Shown: piece by piece, positions 1 to 11,453 of the stretch
How the letters are laid out: the number at the start of each line of letters is the position of its first letter
Numbering within the stretch: the stretch's first letter is position 1
Assembly: GCF_006345805.1 (NCBI RefSeq)
Contig: NC_043000.1
Location: forward strand, 55,428,001 to 55,492,000
DNA: 64,000 nucleotides
Source of the DNA: Octopus sinensis
Taxonomy: Eukaryota
Direction of reading: 5' to 3'
Position numbers and translations under genes: made by a program
Notes under the pieces: generated by a model
Seen by the model: the letters and a program-made list of their open reading frames with translations, nothing else
Databases searched by the model: none
Told to the model about the DNA's origin: nothing

Positions 1-21
1 TATACACACACACACACACAT

Positions 22-128
<107 letters not shown>

Positions 129-256
129 TATAAGAGAGAATGGAAAGTTTATATTTGGAATAATCACAATAAAAGATATATTAATATATAGAATTGTAAA
201 ACTATATTAATGATTAAATAATAATGTACAGTAGAGAATATGAAGATATTTAAAAT

Positions 257-343
257 TCTTACGATCATTTCATGAATTATGCATCCCATTTAAATCAAAT
301 TGATAATGATAAACATTAAAGATGCATATACACTCTTCAGGGA
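257..343 (-). ncRNA. Type I hammerhead ribozyme motif, partly degenerate, copy 1
   Basis: Minus strand reads tcc-CUGAAGA-gtgtatatgcatc...gatgcataattcat-GAAA-tgatcg-UA-aga. Core is intact and stem II is long, stem III is near-palindromic, triplet is GUA. Stem I has a C.A mismatch next to the core. Confidence 0.6.
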
Positions 344-937
344 TATCGAGGGGAGAAAAAATCATTTTTAAAGGATTATCAATATTAATCAGTCTCTCAC
401 GATACATATAGTAGTTATATTAATTTGGAAGAAGCAACCATATATTGTGTATATGTATTTGTGTAAGTAGGTATGTATGTACGTATGTATGTATCAATAT
501 CATATTCATTACCATGACCAAAAACGACTCGAGGTAACACTGTCTTTCATATCTCTCAAACATTCTCAAAGCATTCACCATTGAAAGTCATCCCGCTCCA
601 ACACGCCAAACACGTCCCTATTTGTGATCAGAAAACTCGAAGGAAATCCCACTAGAGTCATACAAATACTGTCTTTCTGGACATCGAGAGAACACACATG
701 CTTTTTTACCAACATGATATGACCGCTCATCCTAGTCATGATGCACTCAGCTAGAGTTCTCTCAATCAATCAGTTTGTGGGAAAATATTAGCCTTCAACA
801 ATACTGATACACAGCTCAGATGTGTCTACAATGTAGCACTGATGCTATACCTGGGACCAGGCAAATGCTGCCAACATTTGCACACATACACACACACACA
901 CACACATACACACACATACACACACACACACACACAT

Positions 938-1041
<104 letters not shown>

Positions 1042-1171
1042 AGTATAAGAGAGAATGGAAAGTTTATATTTGGAATAATCACAATAAAAGATATATTAAT
1101 ATATAGAATTGTAAAACTATATTAATGATTAAATAATAATGTACAGTAGAGAATATGAAGATATTTAAAAT

Positions 1172-1258
1172 TCTTACGATCATTTCATGAATTATGCATC
1201 CCATTTAAATCAAATTGATAATGATAAACATTAAAGATGCATATACACTCTTCAGGGA
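1172..1258 (-). ncRNA. Type I hammerhead ribozyme motif, partly degenerate, copy 2
   Basis: Same sequence as 257-343, 915 bp downstream. Confidence 0.6.
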
Positions 1259-3232
1259 TATCGAGGGGAGAAAAAATCATTTTTAAAGGATTATCAATAT
1301 TAATCAGTCTCTCACGATACATATAGTAGTTATATTAATTTGGAAGAAGCAACCATATATTGTGTATATGTATTTGTGTAAGTAGGTATGTACGTACGTA
1401 TATATGTATCAATATCATATTCATTGCCATGACCAAAAACGACTCGAGGTAACACTGTCTTTCATATCTCTCAAACATTCTCAAAGCATTCACCATTGAA
1501 AGTCATCCCGCTCCAACACGCCAAACACGTCCCTATTTGTGATCAGAAAACTCGAAGGAAATCCCACTAGAGTCATACAAATACTGTCTTTCTGGACATC
1601 GAGAGAACACACATGCTTTCTTACCAACATGATATGACCGCTCATCCTAGTCATGATGCACTCAGCTAGAGTTCTCTCAATCAATCAGTTTGTGGGAAAA
1701 TATTAGCCTTCAACAATACTGATACACAGCTCAGATGTGTCTACAATGTAGCACTGATGCTATACCTGGGACCAGGCAAATGCTGCCAACATTTGCACAC
1801 ATACACACACATACACACATACAAACACACGCTATGTCTCTCTCACACACACACCTACATGCTAACTGAACTGCATTCAGCAAAGAGTCAACCCAACAGA
1901 TTTGTATAAAATTATTACTGTCACGCAATTCTGTGTGTTTTTCCTACCGGTGTTATAAAAGTTTCTGCTCCTTGGATACGCAACTCACGATACGCAAATG
2001 AGTTAGTCTTGATTTTCACATCTCAACCACTCTCGCCACGTTTCCTGCGTCTATCCTGCCAGGTCTCGTAATAATCACTATGTCCAGTGAACATAAATAA
2101 TTTCAGTAGGAGGTGACCAGGCATTTCATATCTGGTATTTTATAACTGTCTGCATAATAAAGATAATTAATAAATGAAGTTGTGTAGTGTTGAAGTGTGT
2201 CATATCGTAGTTCAGTAGATTTTAATTAGATAGGCCTTCTGAAATTTCCTCCCTAATCATGTGTTTACACTAAGTGTTGAATTAGAAAGTTTTCCAGGAA
2301 AAGAAAAACAATTTTTGCCAGTGTCGGTGAGTTTGCATAGGGTTAGGGGAGCTTCCTAATACATATATTCTCCAATCTGTTACAGTTAAAACTTTTTGAT
2401 AGAAGAAATGCATCTCAACACATGAATGCTAAGAATCTTTCCAATAATGCTACAGCACTGCAACTGCTTTTGTCTTTACTGTATATTGTCTACATACATA
2501 TGTGTATGTGTGTGTACTTAAATTAAATGCTTATAATAAATCATGAATTGCGGGCCCAGTTACAATTCCAAAATATATCTAGTTTGAATATCTCTATATG
2601 CTTTCAGTGGTTTCTATACACTACAATATTAATGAATATTTACTGATTAAGCCATTGCAAGTTATTTAGCAACAACCCCTTATAAATCTATTTCGATTTT
2701 CCTACAAGGGTTTACTTTTATAAGTACATTATTTAGTTATCGAGAATAACGGTTATCCGTACACAATATTTTATTTATGCCAAAATTAAACGTAAATTGA
2801 TTCATATTTTTTCTTGTAGTTTCTTTCCATGGATACCTTTAAATAGAAGTATTACCAACGTATGCATATGCATGCACACATAGCAATAGTGTTTATTTGA
2901 ATCGTTAAGTCAAAACAATGCTATTTAAAAAAAACATGAGGCCTGTCGATGACTTTTACTTTTAACTTGTACGTCGATATTTCTTTCTAGAACAAAGAAA
3001 TCAACTAACAACACCTTTTCTCCAAACATTTCCTGAAGAAGTGTTCCTAATCCTGAAGCATTCTATTTCTTATAATTTGCATTGCTTCGACTTTATGAAA
3101 AATATAATTTTTTTAAATATAACTATTAGGTAATTTTTCGTGTAAACCATACTACACAACATTGATAATGCTAATATCTATTATAAACACTATTTGAACA
3201 GTATTCACAAAATGCTTCTATGCTTAGTTTTG

Positions 3233-3307
3233 AACCGATAGGTTCAATTTATTACTAAATCAAATAACCTGAAATGGGGTATCTGTGTATCTGTGAGTGA
3301 GAGATAG

Positions 3308-3358
<51 letters not shown>

Positions 3359-4214
3359 CAGACAGACAGACAGACAGAGTGTGTGTGTATAGAAATTTGG
3401 ATTTGGATTTATTTAATGCGGTGAATAAGCGATTTATAGAACTTAGATGACTTAACACCATTTTCGGTATATTAGAAAATGTATGATTTAAACGGAAAAG
3501 ATAGATCCTTGTCGATAAAACTCATTATACAAGCATTTGTTTTGAGAATGAATTGAAATCGTTTTGTGTCATCATTCATTTGGAATTCACGAAGTCTACG
3601 AAATATATATTTTAATAAATAAAAATAAATGTGTAAAGATAATGTAAACGCTAGATTGTAAAATTGCAGTATGAATTATTTCATTTTATTTAAAACATTG
3701 TTGTCTTTGAGTTAAAGCATGAAACAATAAGCCTTTCTTTCTATCCTCTTATAACTTTTCAGCGTTTAACGTTTAAGCGAAAATATTTCAGACTCTAGCA
3801 TACTGCAACTTTACTATCTAGCGTTTACATTATCTTTACACATTTATTTTTATTTATTAAAATATATATTTCGTAGACTTTGTGAATTCCAAATGAATGA
3901 TGACACAACCCGATTTCAATTCCTTCTCAAAACAAATGCTTGTATAATGAGTTTTAACGACAAGGATCTATCTTTTCCGTTTAAATCACACATTTTCTGA
4001 TATACCGAAAATGATGTTAAGTCATCTAAGTTCTATAAATCGCTTATTCACCGCGTTAAGTAAATCCAAATCCAATTTCTATACACGCTCACATACACTC
4101 TGTCTGTCTCTCTTTCTCTATCTCTATCTATCTATCAATCTATCTCTCACTCACAGATACACACATACCCCATTTCAGGTTATTTGATTTAGTAATAAAT
4201 TGAACCTATCGGTT
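3233..4214. repeat. Long inverted repeat (fold-back): arms 3233-3673 and 3799-4214, ~125-bp spacer
   Basis: AACCGATAGGTTCAATTTATTAC... matches the reverse complement of ...GTAATAAATTGAACCTATCGGTT; inner ends AAAATTGCAGTATG / CATACTGCAACTTT; the (AG)n tract of the left arm is mirrored as (CT)n in the right arm. Confidence 0.93.
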
Positions 4215-5683
4215 GTAAATAACGTAATGTTAGGACGCTTGAGAATTGAACTATAGCCACATATTGGAATTCAACCGGAAACAAAAAAAAATTATTCAAA
4301 ATCTATTCAGAAACGGAATACTCTCACACACTAAATACATACATAATGTTTTTAATAATTGCAACACATATCTTCTATTCACCACGAGCGACAGCTTTTA
4401 CAGCAGTCACCTTTTACAAATTCACTTTCCATCTAAGATCACTTTCCAGCTAAGATCTCTGAACACCTCAACAATGCCTCAAAATGATGGAGTTGATAAT
4501 TAATTCCCTATTGGCAAATGGCAATTCATAACGCTCTGGATTGTATTCATTTCTGTATATGATGTATCCAAGATGTTCCATATCATTTAATGTAATTATA
4601 AGTTAGCAGTTAAATAATTTAAGGAAACAATATACGTGGTAAGTCGAGAGACAATTGGATGATATAGCTTTAGTGTCCGACTTTTGCGCCTTGTCATTAT
4701 TCGTTTAAATATTCATCGTTCAAAAGTCGATAAAGCACCAGTCCTGTAGGGACAGAGATGTTTAGATTGTTCTGAAAGGAAAATAATTTTTGCGTTTATC
4801 ATCAGTAGCAAGGTAATTAGAGGAAAGCCGATGGGTCACTAGTATTATAGTTAATTTATAAATCTTCTACTATAGACGTTATTATCTATCTACACTTGAC
4901 GTGCAGACAAATATGTTTATCGTAAATGCTTACGGTGTTTAATTTCACTTAATAACTATAATATAGAACATTTTCTATTCATATCCAAGTGTGTGGAAAC
5001 TATTATATAAATATACGATATTGACATAAACAACTCAATCTTCATTAAATGATATATTGCAAAATATTCTAAATGAATTTATAAAATGTTTATCCGAGTC
5101 AATAGTTTCTCTTCATTTCAATTAAATATAGATGATTCATTTCACATTAAATTCATTAAAATTTTCTTTGTGAAGATACATTCTATTTACTATCTTCTCT
5201 AAGAAGCCTAACAAAAGTGATGGGCAAGCATTGAAGATACTATATCGGTATATTTTGCAATTATATGACTCTAAATATAATTAATTTTCTAATTAATAAA
5301 AGAAGAGGAATTGATAGAATTAAAAGCATCTGAATATGTATTTCAACTCAGTTGCTAATAATCATAAGATTCCGGCAAAATAACAAATGAATGAGAATGT
5401 AAAAGACGTACTATTTCACTATTTTTATCATTTCTTTCCTCAGCTTAAGCATCTTAAAGTGACAACAAAACTCCCTGTAGTAAATCTATGAGCATTTTAA
5501 TTAGATGTAATAGCATTTATCGTTGCACTAAAAGACAATTCCATACTCACCAATGCTCGGAAACTGGTAGTAAAACCATTATTGAATCACGAAATATTAG
5601 AAAACCTATGTCACGGCGTAACTTTTATGGCGTAGGTAAAGAACAGAAAATTCTACATCTAACCTGAATAAAATTATATTCTA

Positions 5684-6922
5684 ACGAGTGCGAAGGGTAT
5701 TTAAGGCAAGTTTTTGGTATACAATAAAATAGCTATATTTCAGCATAAATAAATATGAATTTCAATAAACATTTTTTGCAATTAGTCTTGATAATGATTG
5801 TTTTAAGCAAACTATTCTATGAAACCGTCTTTGGCTTCAATGACTGCTTCACCCCGGGCCCGAAACCGCTGACATACTGACACTATATGTTTCCTATTCA
5901 TTTCGGACATCACCTGGACAATGGAGGCCTTCAGTGAAGCTATGGTATTATGAGGATGACAATTAGTCTCCCTTTCAACAGGGCTTCACACTGTAGTAGT
6001 CCATGGCGTTCAAATCTCGCAAGTTTGGAGATCACATATTGTCTGAGAACCATTCATGGGTGACTAGGGCTTTGTGAGGTGCTGAAACTTGTTGAAACAT
6101 GCATGGCCTTCCATTGCATACTTCATCAATCCATGACTTGATAACAGTTTCTAGTACCTCAATGTATCCTGCAGCATTAATTCTAAGACCCTGTGGAAAA
6201 AAGTGAGGAGACATCACATGATCTTCGCTACTCACCATTCCTAAAACCGTTACAGTTGCGGGAAATTTCGTATGTATTACTCTGAGTCCTTTAGGATCTG
6301 CATATAACCACATGTCATTTGTTCTGTTAGACTTTTGATCCTGGTCAAAGATTTTTTCGTCCGAGAAAAACCAAAGCATGATTTGTTCATGAGGGTTTTT
6401 TCACTTTGTTAGTAACCGTTTGAAACGGATGAGACGGTTTTCCTGTGTCTTTGCAGACAAGAATTGGCATTTCCTCATTACATAGGACTTGTATCGAATG
6501 TCACGATGTACCGCAATTCTGATAGTCCACTCGTGACACCTGAGGTTTTATAGCGATTGACCTCATTGATCTTCTGGGGTTTTCATCGATAAAATTTTCA
6601 ACATGTATAAATTCCGATGTCCTTTTAGTGTCTGAGCGTTGTGAATGATTTTTTTTTCTTTTATACAGGCGAACTATTATCATCAAGTGCTTCCAGTTTC
6701 AACTGAACTTCGTGTAAAAATGATTTTGCAACATTTAGGAAGTTGCTAATTTCTAAGTCACTGTGGTTTGCATGTAAAACAGCTATGACTGCATGACTTT
6801 TCCTTTAATGACTTAACATGATATCTTGAAAGGGTTATTAAAAAAAAACAAATGATGCATTAATTAATTTGAAGGTTTAATGAACTACAAACGAAATGTC
6901 TTCAAATACTCGACGCACCCTG
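5684..6922 (-). mobile_element. Tc1/mariner-superfamily DNA transposon (maT/DD37D-like), ~1.24 kb, decayed transposase
   Basis: ORF 6032-6379 has FSDEK...TKFPATVTVLGMVS...MFQQVSAPH. Downstream frameshifted pieces give DLNAMDYY and ...EAVIEAKDGFIE*. The end CAGGGTGCGTCGAGTATTTGAAG (minus) is followed by TA; a degenerate partner ACGAGTGCGAAGGGTATTTAAGG lies at 5684. Confidence 0.88.
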
Positions 6923-7765
6923 TATATAAAAGAAATGTATGATATATATATAAATATAGATTGATAGATCGATAGATATATATATTTATTTTTAGATACA
7001 TTTATATATTTATATATACATATATATATATATACATGACTATGTATGTGCGTATGTATATACATATGTATGTGTGTATGTACGTATGTATAAGTAAATA
7101 CATATATATACTTACACAAGACGTGATTTCTGTAGATTGGAAAATCTGTATACTGGCGAGTGGGGTCGCAACAATTTAGATATTGTCTATAAATGCTTTT
7201 TTTGTGTCTGTGAAGCTGAAGCCTCTACTTCTTGGCAGGTCTCAGTGAGCTTAATTGTTCTGGTGGCAAATACTTCAAAACAATTTGAAGAGGAATATTA
7301 TACCAGATACTCTGCCTTCGGGGACCTTGGGTAAGTGTGACTTTGCTTCAGCTATTTCACAGGATTTCGATTTCTCAATATAAGAATACAAAACGATATT
7401 AGCACCTGCCTGAGTTTCCATATCCATCTTTCCTCAAGTCGACTCCCGGAGCTTCCACTCTGCTCCATCATCTACTCTTCTCTCTTTCTCTCTCTCTCCC
7501 TCTTTATGTCTCTTTCTTCCACTTTGTGTCTACTTTTCAGACACAAACATATAAACACATATCATACATATATATACATACACACAGACACACACACGCA
7601 CACACACACATACACACACATACGTAGACGCACGAAGAAAAGGTACAAAAAAAATATAAAACATAATTGGCTGTTTTGTGTTACTGTCTGTAAATTGTTG
7701 ATTGTAGTATTATATTATTTTATATTATAATATATTATATCATATTATGTGTGTGTATATATATA

Positions 7766-8586
7766 CAGGGAGGGGCAGAGGAGACGGACGTTTTTGAAAT
7801 GGCTGTAACTCAGCCCTAGAGGGCGTGACATATGTCCTACAGTTGCCATTTGGTACGTGATGTCTTAACATTTTTTTTTATTCAGGTGAAACCATTGCGC
7901 TTTGGACCATAGAGCATCGTGTGTTTGCCTACGACAGTTATAAGAAGAATAACGAGTCACCAAAATCATGCTGTTCTCATCCGTAACACAATCTTAGGTT
8001 TGGTGAGTGCACTTCGTACACGAGGTACACTATTGAATAGTGGGGCGCCACAAACGGTACTGAGCCCGGAGGATATGGAACGTGGAGGCATTCCACTGAA
8101 CTTCTCATCGGTAATCCATCGGTAAGCCGTATTTTGCATAAAGACCTGCATCTCCACCAGTACAAATTGGTCATTGGGCAACAGTTGAAACCATAGGAGT
8201 AGGCACAGCGGCTCAACTTCGCCTGTCAGATGGAAACAATTTTTGAGGCAAATGACTACCCCATTTTGTTCATGACAGATGAAGGTCATTTTCATTTTAA
8301 TGGCAAGGTGAATTAACAGAACTGTCCTTATTGGTCACTTGAAAATCTGAGAGAGCAATGTTGCACAAATCGACAGAGCGATTCTGGAGACAGAGGAGGC
8401 CAACTTCCAAGGGCGCCTTCAGATACACCAATGAAAACAGACACCACATGATGGATGCTTCTTTCCACACTTGATGTTCGCAAATGCTAATTCAATACAA
8501 ACAGATTGATGTCAATAAAATTTGCTTGCATCTAAAATCAATGATTCTGTGAATTTTTCAAAAAGTCCATTCTCTGCCCCACCCTT
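7766..8586 (+). mobile_element. Internally deleted Tc1/mariner-superfamily element (rosa/DD41D-like motif)
   Basis: TIRs CAGGGAGGGGCAGAG..GGACGTTTTTGAAA and TTTCAAAAAGTCCATTCTCTGCCCCACCCT, flanked by TA. The + strand encodes ...QRLNFACQM...LFMTDEGHFHFNGKVN*QNCPYWSLEN with stops; later catalytic motifs are missing. Confidence 0.82.
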
Positions 8587-8619
<33 letters not shown>

Positions 8620-8834
8620 TTTGTGAAATAGAAAGATGAATAATCTTGTTGCAGATTAATCAAAAGTTAAACCGATAGCTTGGTAGCAAAAATCACAGCA
8701 GAAGACAGCACGGTTGGAGGTACAACCATATGGTGTTGCAACCATGCGTTGGTGCGGATAATTGAATTTTAATATTATTAGTGAATTGAAGAAATGGAGT
8801 TGAACGAAGATTGAACAGAAATCGTTTTATTGCA

Positions 8835-8914
8835 TTCTACACGTGTTTCAAAAGCCACAATTTACCAAATTCCGATTGAATAAGGAGACCATATTGTGTC
8901 TTTCTCTTCAGGAA
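8835..8914 (-). ncRNA. Type I hammerhead ribozyme motif with intact core
   Basis: Minus strand reads ttc-CUGAAGA-gaaagacacaat-(loop)-attgtggctttt-GAAA-cacgtg-UA-gaa. Stem II pairs 11 of 12 positions, stem III is the palindrome CACGTG, triplet is GUA, stem I is ttc/gaa. Confidence 0.75.
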
Positions 8915-9215
8915 GAAATAGGAAATCCGTTGGCAAAAACAAAAACAGAACAGAGGCGGAGCAAAACAAATCGAACGAGGCTCCTAAGAGCCCATGGCCA
9001 AACTGTTTATCAATGTATGTTGAAATCGGGTGGTGGGTGCGTTGAAGACTTTAACAGGTCAGGCAGCGGTCATTCCGGTGGGTGAGAGCACGGGGTGCGT
9101 AGATATTCTTTGTGACCGAGACTAAAGTTCTGACTATTTAAAGAATATTAGGTGTATTATATGGGACGAGCCAAAATCTACTTAGAAACATGTGTGTATG
9201 TACTGTTCTATATGT

Positions 9216-9988
9216 GCGCGGCCGCAAGTTGGTAAGAAGCGCTACACACTGGTCACTGCTGAGAAATCCGTCAGGGGGTAGAAAATATTTTATGTGTTCG
9301 TATGTGCGTTTAATCGCGCGGCCGTCAGTTGGTAAACAGCCCTACACAATGGTCACTGCTGGGGCATCGAAAAGCCGACTGTAAAAGTCCGTTTACCATC
9401 CGGTCTCTGGCGAACAATATATGGAAGAGCTCGGAGACACAAGGTTGCACTTCCTTCTGCCCCTATCAAATGGGAGGGGCAACCGACAAAATTGACCATT
9501 CCAGCCTGTAGCTTGAGTTCGTATTCTTCAATCGCCATATTAGCTTGCTAAGTCCCGTGGTCTGGCATTTATTCACGTCTCGAAAAGTTGCGTAATGGTT
9601 GGAGATTCGTAAGGCCGATGCCCCATTGGCGGCGTTATACTTATCTTGCTTATAAATAACGCTTATAAATAATACCTGCACCCGGTTACACTACTTATAT
9701 GAAAATAGCCCTTGGAAATAAATTTTGAAAAAGCTGTTAAGAGAAATATTGCAAGGGGAATTACTCCCAGGAGATGAATGGTGTTTTGTTTTGACGACGA
9801 GGGGTTTCTTTGACAAGGCATGATTAGACGAACACACGCACACATAAAATATTTTTCTGCCGCCTGACGGAATTTTCAGCAGTGACCATTGTGTAGGGCT
9901 GTTTACCAACTGACGGCCGCGCGATTAAACGCACATACGAACACATAAATTATTTTCTACCCCCTGACGGATTTCTCAGCAGTGACCA
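9216..9988. repeat. GC-rich element with ~100-bp subunits, tandem on the left and inverted on the right
   Basis: GCGCGGCCG..TTGGTAA..CTACACA.TGGTCACTGCT at 9216 and 9316. 9251-9360 is the near-perfect reverse complement of ~9878-9988, with a further partial inverted subunit at ~9826-9888. Inner GGGGCATCG / CGATGCCCC pair at 9361 and ~9620. Confidence 0.85.
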
Positions 9989-10115
9989 TATATGTATATA
10001 TAGCCTCCGCCTGTGTACATACACATATACACACATGTGTATGAGTAATATATATATATAGCCTCCGCCTATGTACATACATATACACACATGTATATGA
10101 GTATATATATATATA
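9988..10115. repeat. 60-bp tandem duplication
   Basis: ATAGCCTCCGCCT.TGTACATAC..ATATACACACATGT occurs twice with a 60-bp period. Confidence 0.8.
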
Positions 10116-10117
10116 TC

Positions 10118-10185
10118 GCCAACGGTACACACGCGGTCACATTATATATATATTATATATATATATAATATATATATATATATAT

Positions 10186-10246
<61 letters not shown>

Positions 10247-10459
10247 TATATATATAATGTGACCGCGTATGTACCGTTGCCGATTTTTTTTCCTCTGTCT
10301 TCCCATCTTTGGATCTTTCCTTTTCCTATGTTTCTGACGAAAGATCCGCTCGAATCGTTGAACCCTCATTGTTTCCTTCTTTCCCGAGCGTCCAATAACT
10401 TTATACTTGTTCCACATCCTCGCGTTGTTGTGTTTTCTCTTTGTGTTTTCATGTTTGGA

Positions 10460-10465
<6 letters not shown>
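10118..10465 (+). mobile_element. Short interspersed repeat with an inverted 5' piece across an (AT)n tract and a decayed hammerhead motif (Penelope-like terminal repeat?)
   Basis: CAACGGTACACACGCGGTCACATT (~10120-10143) is inverted as AATGTGACCGCGTATGTACCGTTG (10257-10280); gttt-CUGACGA-aagatccgctc-GAAU-cg-UU-gaac at 10330-10363. Confidence 0.5.
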
Positions 10466-10490
<25 letters not shown>

Positions 10491-10544
10491 ACAAATTTAA
10501 ATGAGTGGTTTAGTAGTAATTAGAACCTAAAAGTAATATTAATA

Positions 10545-11057
10545 GATGTCACGAAAGTGACAGCGGGTACTGACTAGCACCACTTTTGCTAAACATAAGA
10601 ATTAGAATAACTCAAAAGCCACAAAATCACTGTCTTAATGAATGACAAATGGAGGTAGGTGCCCAGCCTACATAGCTGGATCTTGATTTCGGATTTTGAT
10701 GTAAACCATCTTAATCCTCATTCAGCGGCTCTTAATGTTTTGGTTTAAACTCAACTAACTCTGTCAGTCGTATAAGGAAAACCGTTGGAAATATTTGCTG
10801 ATTTTCAAAACGGGAAAAGTATAAACAACAGATTAAAAAGTGCGACTTATTAGCAATAAGAACCTAAAGACAAAATTAATTGAGATCACAAATGTGACAC
10901 AGGGTAATCCGTATTCGGGGTCCGGTTATGTAGCTTGGGGACTTACCTCCCTTTGTCAGTCATTAAGACAGTGGTTTCGTGGATTTTAAGTTATTTTACC
11001 TTTTATCTAAAGCAAAAGCAGCGCTAGTTCAGCCAGTCTGTCACTTTTCTGACAACT
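10545..11057. repeat. Diverged inverted repeat, ~150-bp arms (10545-10694 and 10906-11057), plus a direct copy of the arm start at ~10848-10906
   Basis: CACTGTCTTAATGAATGACAAATGGAGGTAGG vs CTTACCTCCCTTTGTCAGTCATTAAGACAGTG; AGAACCTAAA..ATTAAT..TCAC.AA.GTGACA occurs at ~10522 and ~10859. Confidence 0.75.
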
Positions 11058-11081
11058 CTCTATCTCTCCCCCCTCTCTCTC

Positions 11082-11146
<65 letters not shown>

Positions 11147-11177
11147 TATATATATATATATATACATATATATAAAC

Positions 11178-11364
11178 AATTGCAGCGTTGAAGGTGTTTA
11201 TAAGCCATTTAAAACTAACAGAAACCGTTAAATTCACTTCAACATTTAAATTTAATTGGCCAAAATATTTTCGTCGCTTTGGCAAATTAGATTTAAATGT
11301 TGAAGTGAATTTAACGGTTTCTGTTAGTTTTAAATGGCTTATAAACACCTTCCACGCTGCAATT
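11178..11364. repeat. Near-perfect palindrome / hairpin MITE: 87-bp arms, 13-nt loop
   Basis: 11178-11264 vs 11278-11364 differ by only three mismatches by eye. Confidence 0.95.
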
Positions 11365-11413
11365 ATTTTCGTTCTAGCACTCACGATCTCACATCAGGTC
11401 ACTTGCTATGCAA

Positions 11414-11453
<40 letters not shown>

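Noticed and set aside
575-769. 64-aa ORF repeated at 1490-1684
   Set aside because: It recurs only because of the DNA duplication; it lacks an ATG start and any recognisable motif.
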